37,179 nucleotides of DNA from a virus. The stretch is from IMG/VR virus record IMGVR_UViG_3300045988_036825, positions 1-37,179 of that record; one strand, 5' to 3'. Shown piece by piece: positions 1-8,625 of the stretch. A program made the translations under genes and the position numbers. The notes below the pieces were generated by a model, which was given only the letters and a program-made list of their open reading frames with translations, was not told the DNA's origin and did no database searches. Within the stretch, counting starts at the first letter, position 1; every line of letters starts with the position of its first letter.

Positions 1-99
1 CGGCGCACCAAAGCTAGTACCGGAATCCGCTAAGGGCGTGGAATACAGCCCGCTTTGCGACTTCGACATAGAAGGATAACAGAAGTTAAAAAAAAAAAC
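1..99. repeat. Terminal direct repeat copy 1 (identical to 37081..37179), a circular-assembly overlap. Bases 1..79 duplicate the 3' end of the nuclease gene 35996..37159.
   Basis: Compared base by base: 1..99 equals 37081..37179 with no mismatch, including the A-run followed by C. Confidence 0.95.
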
Positions 100-142
100 A
101 ATTAAAGAATGTGTAAGCGGTTCAAAGTCTAAAATAAAACAA

Positions 143-150
143 TATCTTTG
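143..150 (+). promoter_or_regulatory. -7 box TATCTTTG (Bacteroidota TAnnTTTG type) upstream of the SSB gene
   Basis: Exact TAnnTTTG 31 nt upstream of ATG 181. Only a weak -33 (TTCA at 121..124, 18-nt spacer). Confidence 0.4.
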
Positions 151-180
151 AACCGTGAACAAATTAAAATCTTAAAAATT

Positions 181-747
181 ATGAGTAGAAAATTGATCTT
201 AAAAAACGTGCGTTTCTCTTATGTAAGAGTTTTCGAGGCAGAACAATTCAACGGAGTAGGGGATTTTCATTACAGTGTCGTGCTTTTGATCCCAAAAACG
301 GACACCGCTCTAGTTAAGCAAATTAATGACGCGGTCAAGGCGGAAGCGCAAGAGTATTTTGCAAGAGACCCTAAATTTAAGGGACGCGTACCGGAAAATT
401 ACAAAAGCCCGTTAAAGGATGGAGACGCGCCGGAGAAAGAAGGGCAAGCCGGATTTGAAGGTATGTACTATATCACTGCGAAGCGCAAAGAGGAACACGG
501 GCAACCGATCGTAATCGACAAAGGTAAACGCCCGATCACAGTGAAGGAAGATATGTATTCTGGCTCTTGGGGAGTAGCTTCCATCTCATTGTACGGCTAC
601 AACATGAGCGCCGACAACCGCGGCATAACCGCCGGATTGAACGGAATCCAAAAAGTAACCGATGATGATAGACTGGACGGCGGATCAAGTGTAAACGACT
701 TCGAAAACTTGGAGGACGAAAACGACAGTCTAGCAGATTTCAACTAA
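181..747 (+). CDS. Single-stranded DNA-binding protein, T7 gp2.5-like / DUF2815 family
   Basis: N-terminus LILKNVRFSYVRVFE is typical of DUF2815 OB-fold proteins. Acidic C-terminal tail FENLEDENDSLADFN with a penultimate aromatic residue. Sits between the DUF2800 nuclease and PolA. I prefer ATG 181 to the TTG 148 of the ORF track because the -7 box overlaps 148. Confidence 0.7.
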   Translation: MSRKLILKNVRFSYVRVFEAEQFNGVGDFHYSVVLLIPKTDTALVKQINDAVKAEAQEYFARDPKFKGRVPENYKSPLKDGDAPEKEGQAGFEGMYYITAKRKEEHGQPIVIDKGKRPITVKEDMYSGSWGVASISLYGYNMSADNRGITAGLNGIQKVTDDDRLDGGSSVNDFENLEDENDSLADFN

Positions 748-813
748 AACAAGTATAAACAATTAAATTAATTATTAATCAATCTCGTTAAAACAGGTGT
801 AAAATGATTTTCA

Positions 814-845
814 AAAGCCGTGCCGAGTAGAAGCGGCGCGGCTTT
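814..845 (+). terminator. GC-rich hairpin between SSB and polymerase genes (possible attenuator or partial terminator)
   Basis: AAAGCCGTGCCG (814..825) pairs with CGGCGCGGCTTT (834..845). This is a 12-bp stem with one G-U pair, loop AGTAGAAG, followed by AACTTT rather than a clean U-run. Confidence 0.3.
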
Positions 846-868
846 AACTTTAAAAGCCCCTGGAAGAC

Positions 869-2869
869 ATGAAACCAATTTTTATAGATTTTGAAACTTA
901 TTCAAGCGAGGACATTAAGAGCGGAGGGGCGTATAGATACACGCAATCGCCTGACTTCGAAATACTCCTGATAGGCTACGCCGTTGAGGACGGAGACGTA
1001 AATATTATAGATATGACGCAGCCCGGATCTATCATGAAGTTTGCCGCATTTGTTCGCCTCATCTCATCACCGCAATACACGATCGTAGCGCACAACGCGC
1101 AATTTGAACGGTTGTGTTTGAAGGCGTATAAGGTTGACATTCCTGCGGAACGTTTCCTATGTACCGCAACGCTGGCGTTATATGCGGGATTCCCCGAAAG
1201 TCTTAGTAACCTTTCTAAGGCACTGGACTTGAAAGAAGGGAAAAAGGGCACAGGGCTAGCCCTTATAAAATTCTTCTGTCAACCGCAGAAGCCTACTAAG
1301 GCGAAACCGGAATGGTACCGTAATTTGCCAGAAGATTACCCGGACAAATGGGAGGAATTTATAGATTATCTACGTTATGACGTCTTATCAGAACGTGAAG
1401 CGGCGGGACGCCTAGATTATTGCGATTTCCCGCAGTCGGAAATAGACCTGTATAGACTGGACCAGTACATTAACGATAACGGGATCGCCGTTGACATGGA
1501 ACTGGCCGAACGGGCGGACGCTCTGAACGAGGAGTTTTGCGAAACTCTTAAGAACCGTATTAAAACTAAGTACGGCATATCCTCTTTAAAGTCCACAATG
1601 CAACTTAAGGACTTCGTTCTGATCAATACAGGAAAGTCTTTCGAATCATTCCGAAAAGAGGACATAGATACTATTATGCAGGAGTGCGATAACGAGCGGG
1701 TAGACGAGGTGCTGAACGCCCGGAAGATCATAAACAAGACTAGTAACGCCAAATACGCAGCGATGCGTAATTGCGTGTGCTTCGACGGACGCGTACACGG
1801 TTTGTATCGTTTCTATGGAGCAGGGCGTACTGGAAGATGGGCGGGGAGATTAGTTCAGATGCAGAACTTGCCACGTAACTATATACACGACCTGGACGGC
1901 GCGCGCGAGAACGTTAAACGCATGGGTTTACAGGACTTCGAATTGTTTTGGGGAAACGTTCCCGATACGTTGTCACAACTGATCCGCACAACGTTTGTAG
2001 CACCGGAGGGCACTACGTTCCATATCGCAGACTATTCAGCCATCGAAGCCCGTGTACTGGCTTGTCTTTGCCGTGAAGAGTGGCGCATAGACGCTTTTAA
2101 GCATAGTAAGGACATTTACGCTGTTTCCGCTAGTATGACGTTTGGGTTACCTGTTGAAGAGTGCGGAAAAGGAACGCATTACCGCCAACAGGGTAAGGTA
2201 ACCGAGCTTGCATTAGGGTATGGCGGTTGGGTAGGCGCTATGTCTACGATGGACTATGAAAAGGCAATTGATCCGGCATTGTACAAGGATATTATATTGA
2301 AATGGCGCGAGGCTTCTCCACGTGTCGTAGAATTTTGGGAAGCCCTGGACAGCCGGGCGAAGCTCTGTATCAGAAACAAAAAGGACGTGCAAGTTATCCG
2401 GTACGGCGTACACGTTTGTACATTTCAATGGTTTGAAGAAAATAATTCTCTTGCAATTTTACTACCTTCGGGGCGTCGATTGTTTTACCCGTTTTGCCGG
2501 ATCGCTACAAAAAGCGTGCACGGACGCGATAGAGAGGTTATTACGTATAAAGGTCAAGACCTTACGGGAAAATGGGCGGACTTAGATACATACGGCGGAA
2601 AACTAACCGAGAATATAACGCAGGCTATCAGCCGCGACCTTTTGGCGTATGGTATGCAGACAATTGTACAACGTTATCCTATGGTTAAAATCGTGGGACA
2701 TATCCACGATGAAACCGTTAACGAAACGCCTTTAGATGATTTTGGCGATCCGGTTGTTTCGCTAGAGGAAATTTGTACAGCTATGGCAGCTACACCAAAA
2801 TGGGCGGAAGTTTTCGGTATTCCACTAAAGGCAGAAGGATTCACTAGTAATTATTATAAGAAAGATTAA
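869..2869 (+). CDS. Family A DNA polymerase with N-terminal 3'-5' exonuclease domain
   Basis: Exo I IFIDFETYS, Exo II HNAQFERL, Exo III YLRYDV. Pol motif A IADYSAIEARVLA, motif B RQQGKVTELALGYGG, motif C GHIHDE. Confidence 0.95.
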   Translation: MKPIFIDFETYSSEDIKSGGAYRYTQSPDFEILLIGYAVEDGDVNIIDMTQPGSIMKFAAFVRLISSPQYTIVAHNAQFERLCLKAYKVDIPAERFLCTATLALYAGFPESLSNLSKALDLKEGKKGTGLALIKFFCQPQKPTKAKPEWYRNLPEDYPDKWEEFIDYLRYDVLSEREAAGRLDYCDFPQSEIDLYRLDQYINDNGIAVDMELAERADALNEEFCETLKNRIKTKYGISSLKSTMQLKDFVLINTGKSFESFRKEDIDTIMQECDNERVDEVLNARKIINKTSNAKYAAMRNCVCFDGRVHGLYRFYGAGRTGRWAGRLVQMQNLPRNYIHDLDGARENVKRMGLQDFELFWGNVPDTLSQLIRTTFVAPEGTTFHIADYSAIEARVLACLCREEWRIDAFKHSKDIYAVSASMTFGLPVEECGKGTHYRQQGKVTELALGYGGWVGAMSTMDYEKAIDPALYKDIILKWREASPRVVEFWEALDSRAKLCIRNKKDVQVIRYGVHVCTFQWFEENNSLAILLPSGRRLFYPFCRIATKSVHGRDREVITYKGQDLTGKWADLDTYGGKLTENITQAISRDLLAYGMQTIVQRYPMVKIVGHIHDETVNETPLDDFGDPVVSLEEICTAMAATPKWAEVFGIPLKAEGFTSNYYKKD

Positions 2870-2874
2870 TTAAC

Positions 2875-5265
2875 ATGGAAAAATACACCTTATCGCTCGC
2901 AGGTTCTTCGGCGTCTCTGAAATGGAAGGCGGTGCGCCTCACATGGGACGATTTTGTAAAACGTTTAGGTACGCCCGTTATCACTAACGAAACGGTACGC
3001 GAGTACGATAAATTAGACAAGCCTGCTAAATCTTCTTTGAAGGACGTAGGCGGATTCATGGCGGGAGAGCTTTCCGGATCGCAACGCCTTAAAAAGGCGG
3101 TCATGTCTCGCACAATGATAACGCTAGACATTGACTTCGCCGATGATCTTTTCCCGATTGATTTCGAGGACCGTTTTCACGGATACGCGGCGGTTATATA
3201 TACAACGCGTTCGGATAGACCGGGAGCGCGCCGTTACCGCCTTATCATGCCTTTCAAGGAAGAGGTTACGGACGTTGTTATGTACGAGGCGGCAGCGCGC
3301 AAAGTAGCCGAGTTGTTAGGTATTGATCTATTCGACAAAACAACGTTTCAACCGGAACGCATGATGTACTGGCAGTCCCTTTCAAAAGATCAAACCGGAC
3401 TTTTCGAAGTGTTCGAAGGAGAACCGATCAGCGCGGAGTATCTAATAGGTTTGTACGGAGACAGTGAAGAGTGGCGAGACGTGCGCAACTGGGCTTTCCA
3501 TTCGGACACAGACCGGGAGACAAGAGCGATAGTTAATAAGGAGATGGCAAAAGACCCTAGAGATAAAGAGGGTTTAGTAGGCGCGTTTTGCCGCTCATAC
3601 ACGATACAGGCAGCAATAGAAAAATATCTATCAGACGTTTACACGGAAGTAGACAACGGACGTTATACCTATGCCCTTGGATCGGGTGCGGCTGGTTTAG
3701 TTGTGTATGACGATGTACTTTGTTTTTCCCATCACTCAACCGACCCGATAGGAGACGGACACGCTTATAACGCCTATGATCTTGTACGCGTTCACAAATT
3801 CGGGCACCTTGGTAAGGAAGACAGTACTCGCGAGATGAACAAGCTAGTTTGCGCGGATAAGGAGTGCGTTAAAGATATGGTAGCCGTGGACGATGATCTA
3901 ACCGACTTCGAAGCATATGACGAAGAAGTAAAGGCAGACGCGCAGACCGCCGCCGAACTTGTTTGGGACTTGGATAAGAAGGGCGATAAAATGTGCACCG
4001 TCCGTAACTTTGTTAACGCTTTCAAGTGTGATCCACTATTAAACGATCTGTTAGCTTATGATTTGTTTCTTGATACAATAGTGTACACCCGCACGCCGTT
4101 CTTCTCGAATGACATCAAGAAGGGCGATATGCTGGACGACACAGCAGTAGCGATTATCCGTGGACGTATAGAAGATTTGCACGGTATTTATAATGACAGC
4201 AAGCTAACCGACGCGCTGGAAAAGGTTTGCAGTGAAAACGCTTTCCATCCTATCAAAAAATATCTAGAGGCACAAAGGTGGGACGGTGTGAAACGTATTG
4301 ATAATTTCTTAGCTGACTACATGGGTGCGAAGCCTAGTATATACGTTTCCGAGGCGTTCCGAAAAATGTTAGTCGCCGCGGTTGCTAGAGTGTACGAACC
4401 AGGACGTAAATTTGATACGGCGCTTGTCATGTATTCCGGGCAGGGCGCGGGAAAGTCCACGCTTATACAGTCCCTTTCAAAAGGTTGGTTTAATGATTCA
4501 TTAACCGACATATCCGGGCAAAAAGCATACGAAGCGATACAACATGCTTGGATCGTGGAGCTAGCCGAGTTATCAGCACTTCGCCGTTCGGACGTGGAAG
4601 CCACAAAGAACTTTATCAGCAAGCGGGAAGATACATATCGTAGCGCATACGCCCGCCGCGTCAAGACGCACAGGCGTCAATGTGTGTTCTTTGGGTCTAC
4701 CAATGATGATGAGTTTTTGAAGGACAAGACCGGAAACCGCCGTTTCTTTCCTATCGAGGTACGCGCCAATAAGAACACGCACAGGCTATTCGAAAAGTCA
4801 TTCGAGAAAGTGGTAGACCAGCTTTGGGCCGAGGCGATGGAGTTGTACATGTGCGGGGAAAGTCTTATCTTATCCGATGAAGCGGAAGCGATTGCAAGTG
4901 AAGGCCGCGAAGAATTTACAGAAGAAAGTCCTCTAGTAGGTATTATTGAAAACTACGTGGACAGGCTTTTCCCGGCTGACTACGAAGAGCGCACCGAACA
5001 GCAACGCGCCGACTTTCTATCGGGCGGTCTGGGCGAGATAGGCGACATGGTTAAAAACGAGTTCTGTTTAATGGAACTTTGGGTGGATGCGCTGGGACGC
5101 CGTAAAGAAGATTATACCAGCGCGAAAGGTCGCGAATTGTCCACAGCGATGCGACAAATGAAAGGTTGGTACAAAGGAAAGTTAAAAAGAACGAAATTGT
5201 ACGGCCAACAAGTAGTTTATATCCGTAAAGGAAGCGAAGAAAGCAAAAAATTATTATCTTTGTGA
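2875..5265 (+). CDS. Primase-polymerase / VirE-type (D5-like) primase-helicase
   Basis: N-terminal acidic motif ITLDIDFADD and AVIYTTRSDRPGARRYRLIMPF (prim-pol-like). Walker A SGQGAGKST and Walker B-like WIVELAEL in the C-terminal half, as in virulence-associated protein E family NTPases. Confidence 0.85.
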   Translation: MEKYTLSLAGSSASLKWKAVRLTWDDFVKRLGTPVITNETVREYDKLDKPAKSSLKDVGGFMAGELSGSQRLKKAVMSRTMITLDIDFADDLFPIDFEDRFHGYAAVIYTTRSDRPGARRYRLIMPFKEEVTDVVMYEAAARKVAELLGIDLFDKTTFQPERMMYWQSLSKDQTGLFEVFEGEPISAEYLIGLYGDSEEWRDVRNWAFHSDTDRETRAIVNKEMAKDPRDKEGLVGAFCRSYTIQAAIEKYLSDVYTEVDNGRYTYALGSGAAGLVVYDDVLCFSHHSTDPIGDGHAYNAYDLVRVHKFGHLGKEDSTREMNKLVCADKECVKDMVAVDDDLTDFEAYDEEVKADAQTAAELVWDLDKKGDKMCTVRNFVNAFKCDPLLNDLLAYDLFLDTIVYTRTPFFSNDIKKGDMLDDTAVAIIRGRIEDLHGIYNDSKLTDALEKVCSENAFHPIKKYLEAQRWDGVKRIDNFLADYMGAKPSIYVSEAFRKMLVAAVARVYEPGRKFDTALVMYSGQGAGKSTLIQSLSKGWFNDSLTDISGQKAYEAIQHAWIVELAELSALRRSDVEATKNFISKREDTYRSAYARRVKTHRRQCVFFGSTNDDEFLKDKTGNRRFFPIEVRANKNTHRLFEKSFEKVVDQLWAEAMELYMCGESLILSDEAEAIASEGREEFTEESPLVGIIENYVDRLFPADYEERTEQQRADFLSGGLGEIGDMVKNEFCLMELWVDALGRRKEDYTSAKGRELSTAMRQMKGWYKGKLKRTKLYGQQVVYIRKGSEESKKLLSL

Positions 5266-5326
5266 CACAAAACTTTCTTTTCTAATTTTTAAGGTTAATA
5301 CTTTTAGGGTGGTTTTTTTCAGTTAA

Positions 5327-5362
5327 AAAGGCTTTCGTAGTGATACGCGAGCCTTTATTTTT
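5327..5362 (+). terminator. Rho-independent terminator ending the early/replication transcription unit
   Basis: AAAGGCTTTCG / CGCGAGCCTTT stem (one internal mismatch) with 8-nt loop, followed by ATTTTT. Lies in the 206-bp gap after the primase gene. Confidence 0.5.
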
Positions 5363-5376
5363 GTTAATATCACAAA

Positions 5377-5423
5377 GTTTTTTCCGAAAACGTTTGGTAG
5401 TTCAAAATAAAGCCGTACCTTTG
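5377..5423 (+). promoter_or_regulatory. Consensus Bacteroidota promoter cassette (copy 1 of a 47-bp repeat)
   Basis: TTTG at 5393..5396, 19-nt spacer, TACCTTTG at 5416..5423. Matches 34707..34753 at 46/47 positions. Confidence 0.7.
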
Positions 5424-5471
5424 CTTTCACAATAACCAATTAAAGTATTAACCAAATAAAGTATTACAGTT

Positions 5472-5666
5472 ATGAAGGAGCAAAAATTTATCGTAGGGAC
5501 TAGTGTAGTAGTAACGCTAAAAGATGGCAGAGAGATTCACGGAACTGTTGCAAGCATAGATACTAATTTGTGTACGTGGAAAGAAGAGTATAGCGTTAAC
5601 TACGTAAAACATAACAAGATTTGGACTATCATAGGCGTACCCGCATCTAACATTAAATTGGTATGA
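5472..5666 (+). CDS. Hypothetical small protein (64 aa, beta-rich, SH3/KOW-like appearance)
   Basis: First ORF after the promoter. Its stop overlaps the next ATG (ATGA). Confidence 0.6.
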   Translation: MKEQKFIVGTSVVVTLKDGREIHGTVASIDTNLCTWKEEYSVNYVKHNKIWTIIGVPASNIKLV

Positions 5667-5779
5667 AACAGAATATAGGAGAACTAACGGAGGCGGAGCT
5701 AAAAGCCCGCCGCCGCTTCTGGAACAAGAAGGGCTTCTTTGGTGAACCTACTAAAAAGCTATCGAACGCAGTTCAATGA
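5663..5779 (+). CDS. Hypothetical micro-protein (38 aa), not in the ORF track
   Basis: ATG 5663 overlaps the upstream stop (ATGA) and its own stop overlaps the next ATG (ATGA). Translation: MKQNIGELTEAELKARRRFWNKKGFFGEPTKKLSNAVQ. Confidence 0.45.
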   Translation: MKQNIGELTEAELKARRRFWNKKGFFGEPTKKLSNAVQ

Positions 5780-5952
5780 AAATGCAGAAACTAGTCAAGG
5801 CGTTGAAAGCCTTTTCCTTTGAAGAAATTATCAAAATACGCGCTACAAAATATCCGGACAAATACTTCACGGAGGATATGCACACAGTTCGGAACGCTAG
5901 CGAATCAGATTTTAATCACGCAATATCAACATTTAAAATTTTTAGATCATGA
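5776..5952 (+). CDS. Hypothetical small protein (58 aa), not in the ORF track
   Basis: ATGA-coupled at both ends. Translation begins MKMQKLVKALKAFSFEEIIKIRATKYPDKYF. It competes with the TTG-initiated ORF 5819..6028 in another frame. Confidence 0.5.
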   Translation: MKMQKLVKALKAFSFEEIIKIRATKYPDKYFTEDMHTVRNASESDFNHAISTFKIFRS

Positions 5953-6035
5953 AACAGTTTGTAGTTTACACGTTTTGGGCGATCCTGTTTGTATTATTCA
6001 TTTTGTTGTGCTGCGAGCCGACCACTAGAATATGA
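5949..6035 (+). CDS. Hypothetical hydrophobic micro-protein (28 aa, one predicted TM helix)
   Basis: ATGA-coupled at both ends. Translation: MKQFVVYTFWAILFVLFILLCCEPTTRI. Confidence 0.4.
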   Translation: MKQFVVYTFWAILFVLFILLCCEPTTRI

Positions 6036-6226
6036 TACAGATATTGAAAGCGGTGATTATAACGACGGACGGCGTTATAACACAGGACTACACGAAAGTC
6101 CAAGATAGTTTAGGTGTGTATGTCGTAACGGACATAGAAGCGGAACGGCGGTATATCGCCGATTGTCAGACCCTGGCGGGATTTACGGTTAAACGGGTTA
6201 ATCTAACTTATGTAACAAAGGAATGA
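6032..6226 (+). CDS. Hypothetical protein (64 aa)
   Basis: ORF track entry, ATGA-coupled on both sides. Confidence 0.6.
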   Translation: MIQILKAVIITTDGVITQDYTKVQDSLGVYVVTDIEAERRYIADCQTLAGFTVKRVNLTYVTKE

Positions 6227-7185
6227 TATTACATATTATATTAGCGGCGGCGCTTATCGCGATCGCCGCGTATTATCCAATTAAGCTTATAAAATTTTAT
6301 TGTATGGAAAGTAAAAAACAAGGCTTGAAGGCCAAAATTACGCAGGACTTGAGAGAGGGAAAAGTTTCACGTAACCTTATTTTGTTGACAATTGGTGAGG
6401 GTGGTTTACGTCTCATGCGTAGCCAATTAGATGATATCTTTGAGTGGATGGTTCAGAATACGAACGCGTGGAGAATACACACGTACACTAATGAAAAAAC
6501 GGTTGTAATGTTTTCGCACACCCCATTCCACCCGGAAGAGTGGAATGATTATGAGGACTACAAATGCATTATGCGCCAAATGTTTGGGGACTACGGAACT
6601 AAGGACTTTCTCACGTCCCGTACCACCGTGGAAGAATCAGACCGTATTTTCCGGGACTTTATCGACATATACCGACAGATAAAACTGTACGACTATGTTA
6701 CGTTTGACATCAACGGGGTACGTACGCTAGGAAGGGTAATGGGCGGCGGTATAGTAAACGAGATATATACCGTTAAAATATTATCCGGGGGATCACGCGG
6801 GCAATATTGCACCGTCGGAGAAGGGAACAATGTATCTAAGATAGAACCGGACGAAGCAGTTAAGGAACTAGCCCGGCAAAAGGAGGAATGGAAGAACAAG
6901 AAGCGCGAAGAAGCCGTAGAGAAACGGCGCGAAGAGTTTCGCGAGAAATATGGCAACATTGTACGCGGATCGTATTTAAAAGCTCCAAGCGTTAACGGTC
7001 CATCCCTGTATATAGTCGAATCGGTAGACATAGACGAGGCAAAAGCTACAGCGATTAGACTTATAGATTTAGGACCCAACCTTCACGCAGGGGAGAAATG
7101 TATTCTTCCGTTACAGAACGGTTTTGTTTTAGTGTCGCCCGAAGATGCGGCGGAAATTTTATTAAAAGAGTATGGCAATGAGTAA
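6223..7185 (+). CDS. Hypothetical protein with N-terminal hydrophobic segment and a Lys/Glu-rich central helix
   Basis: 320-aa ORF. N-terminus MILHIILAAALIAIAAYY. Charged stretch KEEWKNKKREEAVEKRREEFREKY. No recognisable catalytic motif. Confidence 0.65.
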   Translation: MILHIILAAALIAIAAYYPIKLIKFYCMESKKQGLKAKITQDLREGKVSRNLILLTIGEGGLRLMRSQLDDIFEWMVQNTNAWRIHTYTNEKTVVMFSHTPFHPEEWNDYEDYKCIMRQMFGDYGTKDFLTSRTTVEESDRIFRDFIDIYRQIKLYDYVTFDINGVRTLGRVMGGGIVNEIYTVKILSGGSRGQYCTVGEGNNVSKIEPDEAVKELARQKEEWKNKKREEAVEKRREEFREKYGNIVRGSYLKAPSVNGPSLYIVESVDIDEAKATAIRLIDLGPNLHAGEKCILPLQNGFVLVSPEDAAEILLKEYGNE

Positions 7186-7447
7186 CAAGAAGAAATTAAA
7201 GTCCCGTGATGGTGCAACACGCATCACACCGGACAAATCGACAGGTGAGTTTTGCGGCCTGTACAAACTGCAAATGTACTCTAAGGATACACTATCGTGG
7301 AGCGACATAGAAGGATGCACGGAGTTGACATGGACAGAAGCCGTAACAGCCCGGAAGAATTACGTAGCACTACGAAGAGCGTGCAAAGTGGCAAACGGCG
7401 CGAGCCTGCATATTAACGTACCCGCGGATGAAGGCGACGGAAACTAG
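7172..7447 (+). CDS. Hypothetical protein (91 aa)
   Basis: ORF overlapping both neighbours by a few codons. No recognisable motif. Confidence 0.55.
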   Translation: MAMSNKKKLKSRDGATRITPDKSTGEFCGLYKLQMYSKDTLSWSDIEGCTELTWTEAVTARKNYVALRRACKVANGASLHINVPADEGDGN

Positions 7448-7736
7448 CGAAAAGGTATTCGAACGTACTATGTCTAAGTACGTCGAGAATAAAGGAGGGA
7501 TGGCAGTAAAGCTGCTATCCCAATTTATTAACGGTTTGCCGGATCGAATGTACTTGTTACCGGGCGGAACGGTTATCTTTGTTGAGTTCAAGTCTACGGG
7601 CTGCAAGCCTAGACAGATACAGCGTGTTATACTGGATCGGATCGCCGCGCTTGACTTTAACGTGCGTGTAGTTTCTAACCCTGACGAGTACAACGATTTG
7701 AAGGAACTAATAGACTTTTATGTTAACGGGCGTTAA
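7428..7736 (+). CDS. VRR-NUC domain nuclease (PD-(D/E)xK superfamily)
   Basis: GLPDRMYLLPGGTVIFVEFKSTG...RQIQ matches the VRR-NUC core pattern (D ... E-x-K ... Q). Size of about 100 aa is typical. Confidence 0.75.
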   Translation: MKATETSEKVFERTMSKYVENKGGMAVKLLSQFINGLPDRMYLLPGGTVIFVEFKSTGCKPRQIQRVILDRIAALDFNVRVVSNPDEYNDLKELIDFYVNGR

Positions 7737-7781
7737 CTAATGGCGGTTAGTGCGAATTGATGTTAATAGCTTACCCCGTAT

Positions 7782-7812
7782 TTTGGTAGTCTGATAAGCA
7801 GTCGTATCTTTG
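7782..7812 (+). promoter_or_regulatory. Bacteroidota-type promoter (TTTG-N19-TATCTTTG)
   Basis: TTTG 7782..7785, 19-nt spacer, TATCTTTG 7805..7812, in the gap after the VRR-NUC gene. Confidence 0.65.
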
Positions 7813-7850
7813 AAGTGTCAAAAGGAAATAACCACTTAAAAATTAAAATT

Positions 7851-8150
7851 ATGACACTGGAAGAACTTAAAAACGGAATGAGAGACTATTTCAAAAAGTA
7901 CAAGTCCCAAATGACTAGCAAGGAACGCAAAGAGTTTCAGAGCGCGATCCTAGAGGTTTCTATAACAAAGGACATGAGTAATGAACCCCCTAAAGAAAAA
8001 TCGGACTACGCGATAATCGTAGGAGCGGACTACGCGATCCGGTTGATAGGAAAGACCGAGGACGAAGCGCGCGAGATGTACGAACAGGCAGTAAGAGATT
8101 ACAAAGATATGACCGTAACGATTTACAAAAGCTTCAGTTTATATGAATAA
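7851..8150 (+). CDS. Hypothetical protein (99 aa)
   Basis: The ORF track starts at GTG 7815, which lies 3 nt after the -7 box. The in-frame ATG 7851 with AAAATT-ATG context is the more plausible start. Confidence 0.6.
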   Translation: MTLEELKNGMRDYFKKYKSQMTSKERKEFQSAILEVSITKDMSNEPPKEKSDYAIIVGADYAIRLIGKTEDEAREMYEQAVRDYKDMTVTIYKSFSLYE

Positions 8151-8189
8151 ATAACCGGGCGGGTAACACCGCCCACAACACCAAAAAGT

Positions 8190-8621
8190 ATGAAAAAGTT
8201 AGTAAGTATTTTAGCAGTAATTTTGTTATCAGTTAGCGCGATGGCGCAAGTATCAACCGCAAGTGGAAGCCTAAAGACGCTTAAGTCGTTCCGGATGGGA
8301 ACGTGCAAGATCGTGGAGGTTACGAAGGGCGAGGCGGTAACGTACCAGATCACCGGACAGCTGGCCGGGACTAGTTCCCTAGAAATGGATATAGACCTAG
8401 GCGACGCGGAAGCAGCGGTTAAGACACTCTTAAGCCTAGCCGAGTACAAACCGTCAAGTAGCAACGAGATCGTACACCTTAACAACCCGGCGGGACATAC
8501 CGCGCGTTTCCCAAAGATGGCGGGTGTGTGGCAGATATTCAGCCCCGGCAATCAGTTCACCGTTAACATCTCACGTAGCGAGCTTAAGAAGATGGCGGAA
8601 GCAATAACCGATAATAAGTAA
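8190..8621 (+). CDS. Hypothetical secreted protein (cleavable signal peptide)
   Basis: N-terminus MKKLVSILAVILLSVSAMAQ is a classical signal peptide with an A-x-A-type site and no lipobox Cys. Confidence 0.6.
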   Translation: MKKLVSILAVILLSVSAMAQVSTASGSLKTLKSFRMGTCKIVEVTKGEAVTYQITGQLAGTSSLEMDIDLGDAEAAVKTLLSLAEYKPSSSNEIVHLNNPAGHTARFPKMAGVWQIFSPGNQFTVNISRSELKKMAEAITDNK

Positions 8622-8625
8622 GATA

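Noticed and set aside
5255-5262. TATCTTTG -7-like box at the very end of the primase gene (the same 12-mer TATCTTTGTGAC also occurs at 27022..27033)
   Set aside because: There is no -33 element, and any transcript would meet the terminator at 5327..5362 within 70 nt. It is probably a chance match in A/T-rich sequence.
5819-6028. TTG-initiated 69-aa ORF
   Set aside because: It competes with an unbroken chain of ATG-initiated, ATGA-coupled ORFs (5663..6035) in another frame. It has a non-ATG start and no coupling to its neighbours.
8157-8174. GGGCGG-GTAACA-CCGCCC hairpin as a terminator
   Set aside because: It has only a 6-bp stem and no downstream U-tract (it is followed by ACAACACC). It is kept only as a remark within the accessory-island finding.
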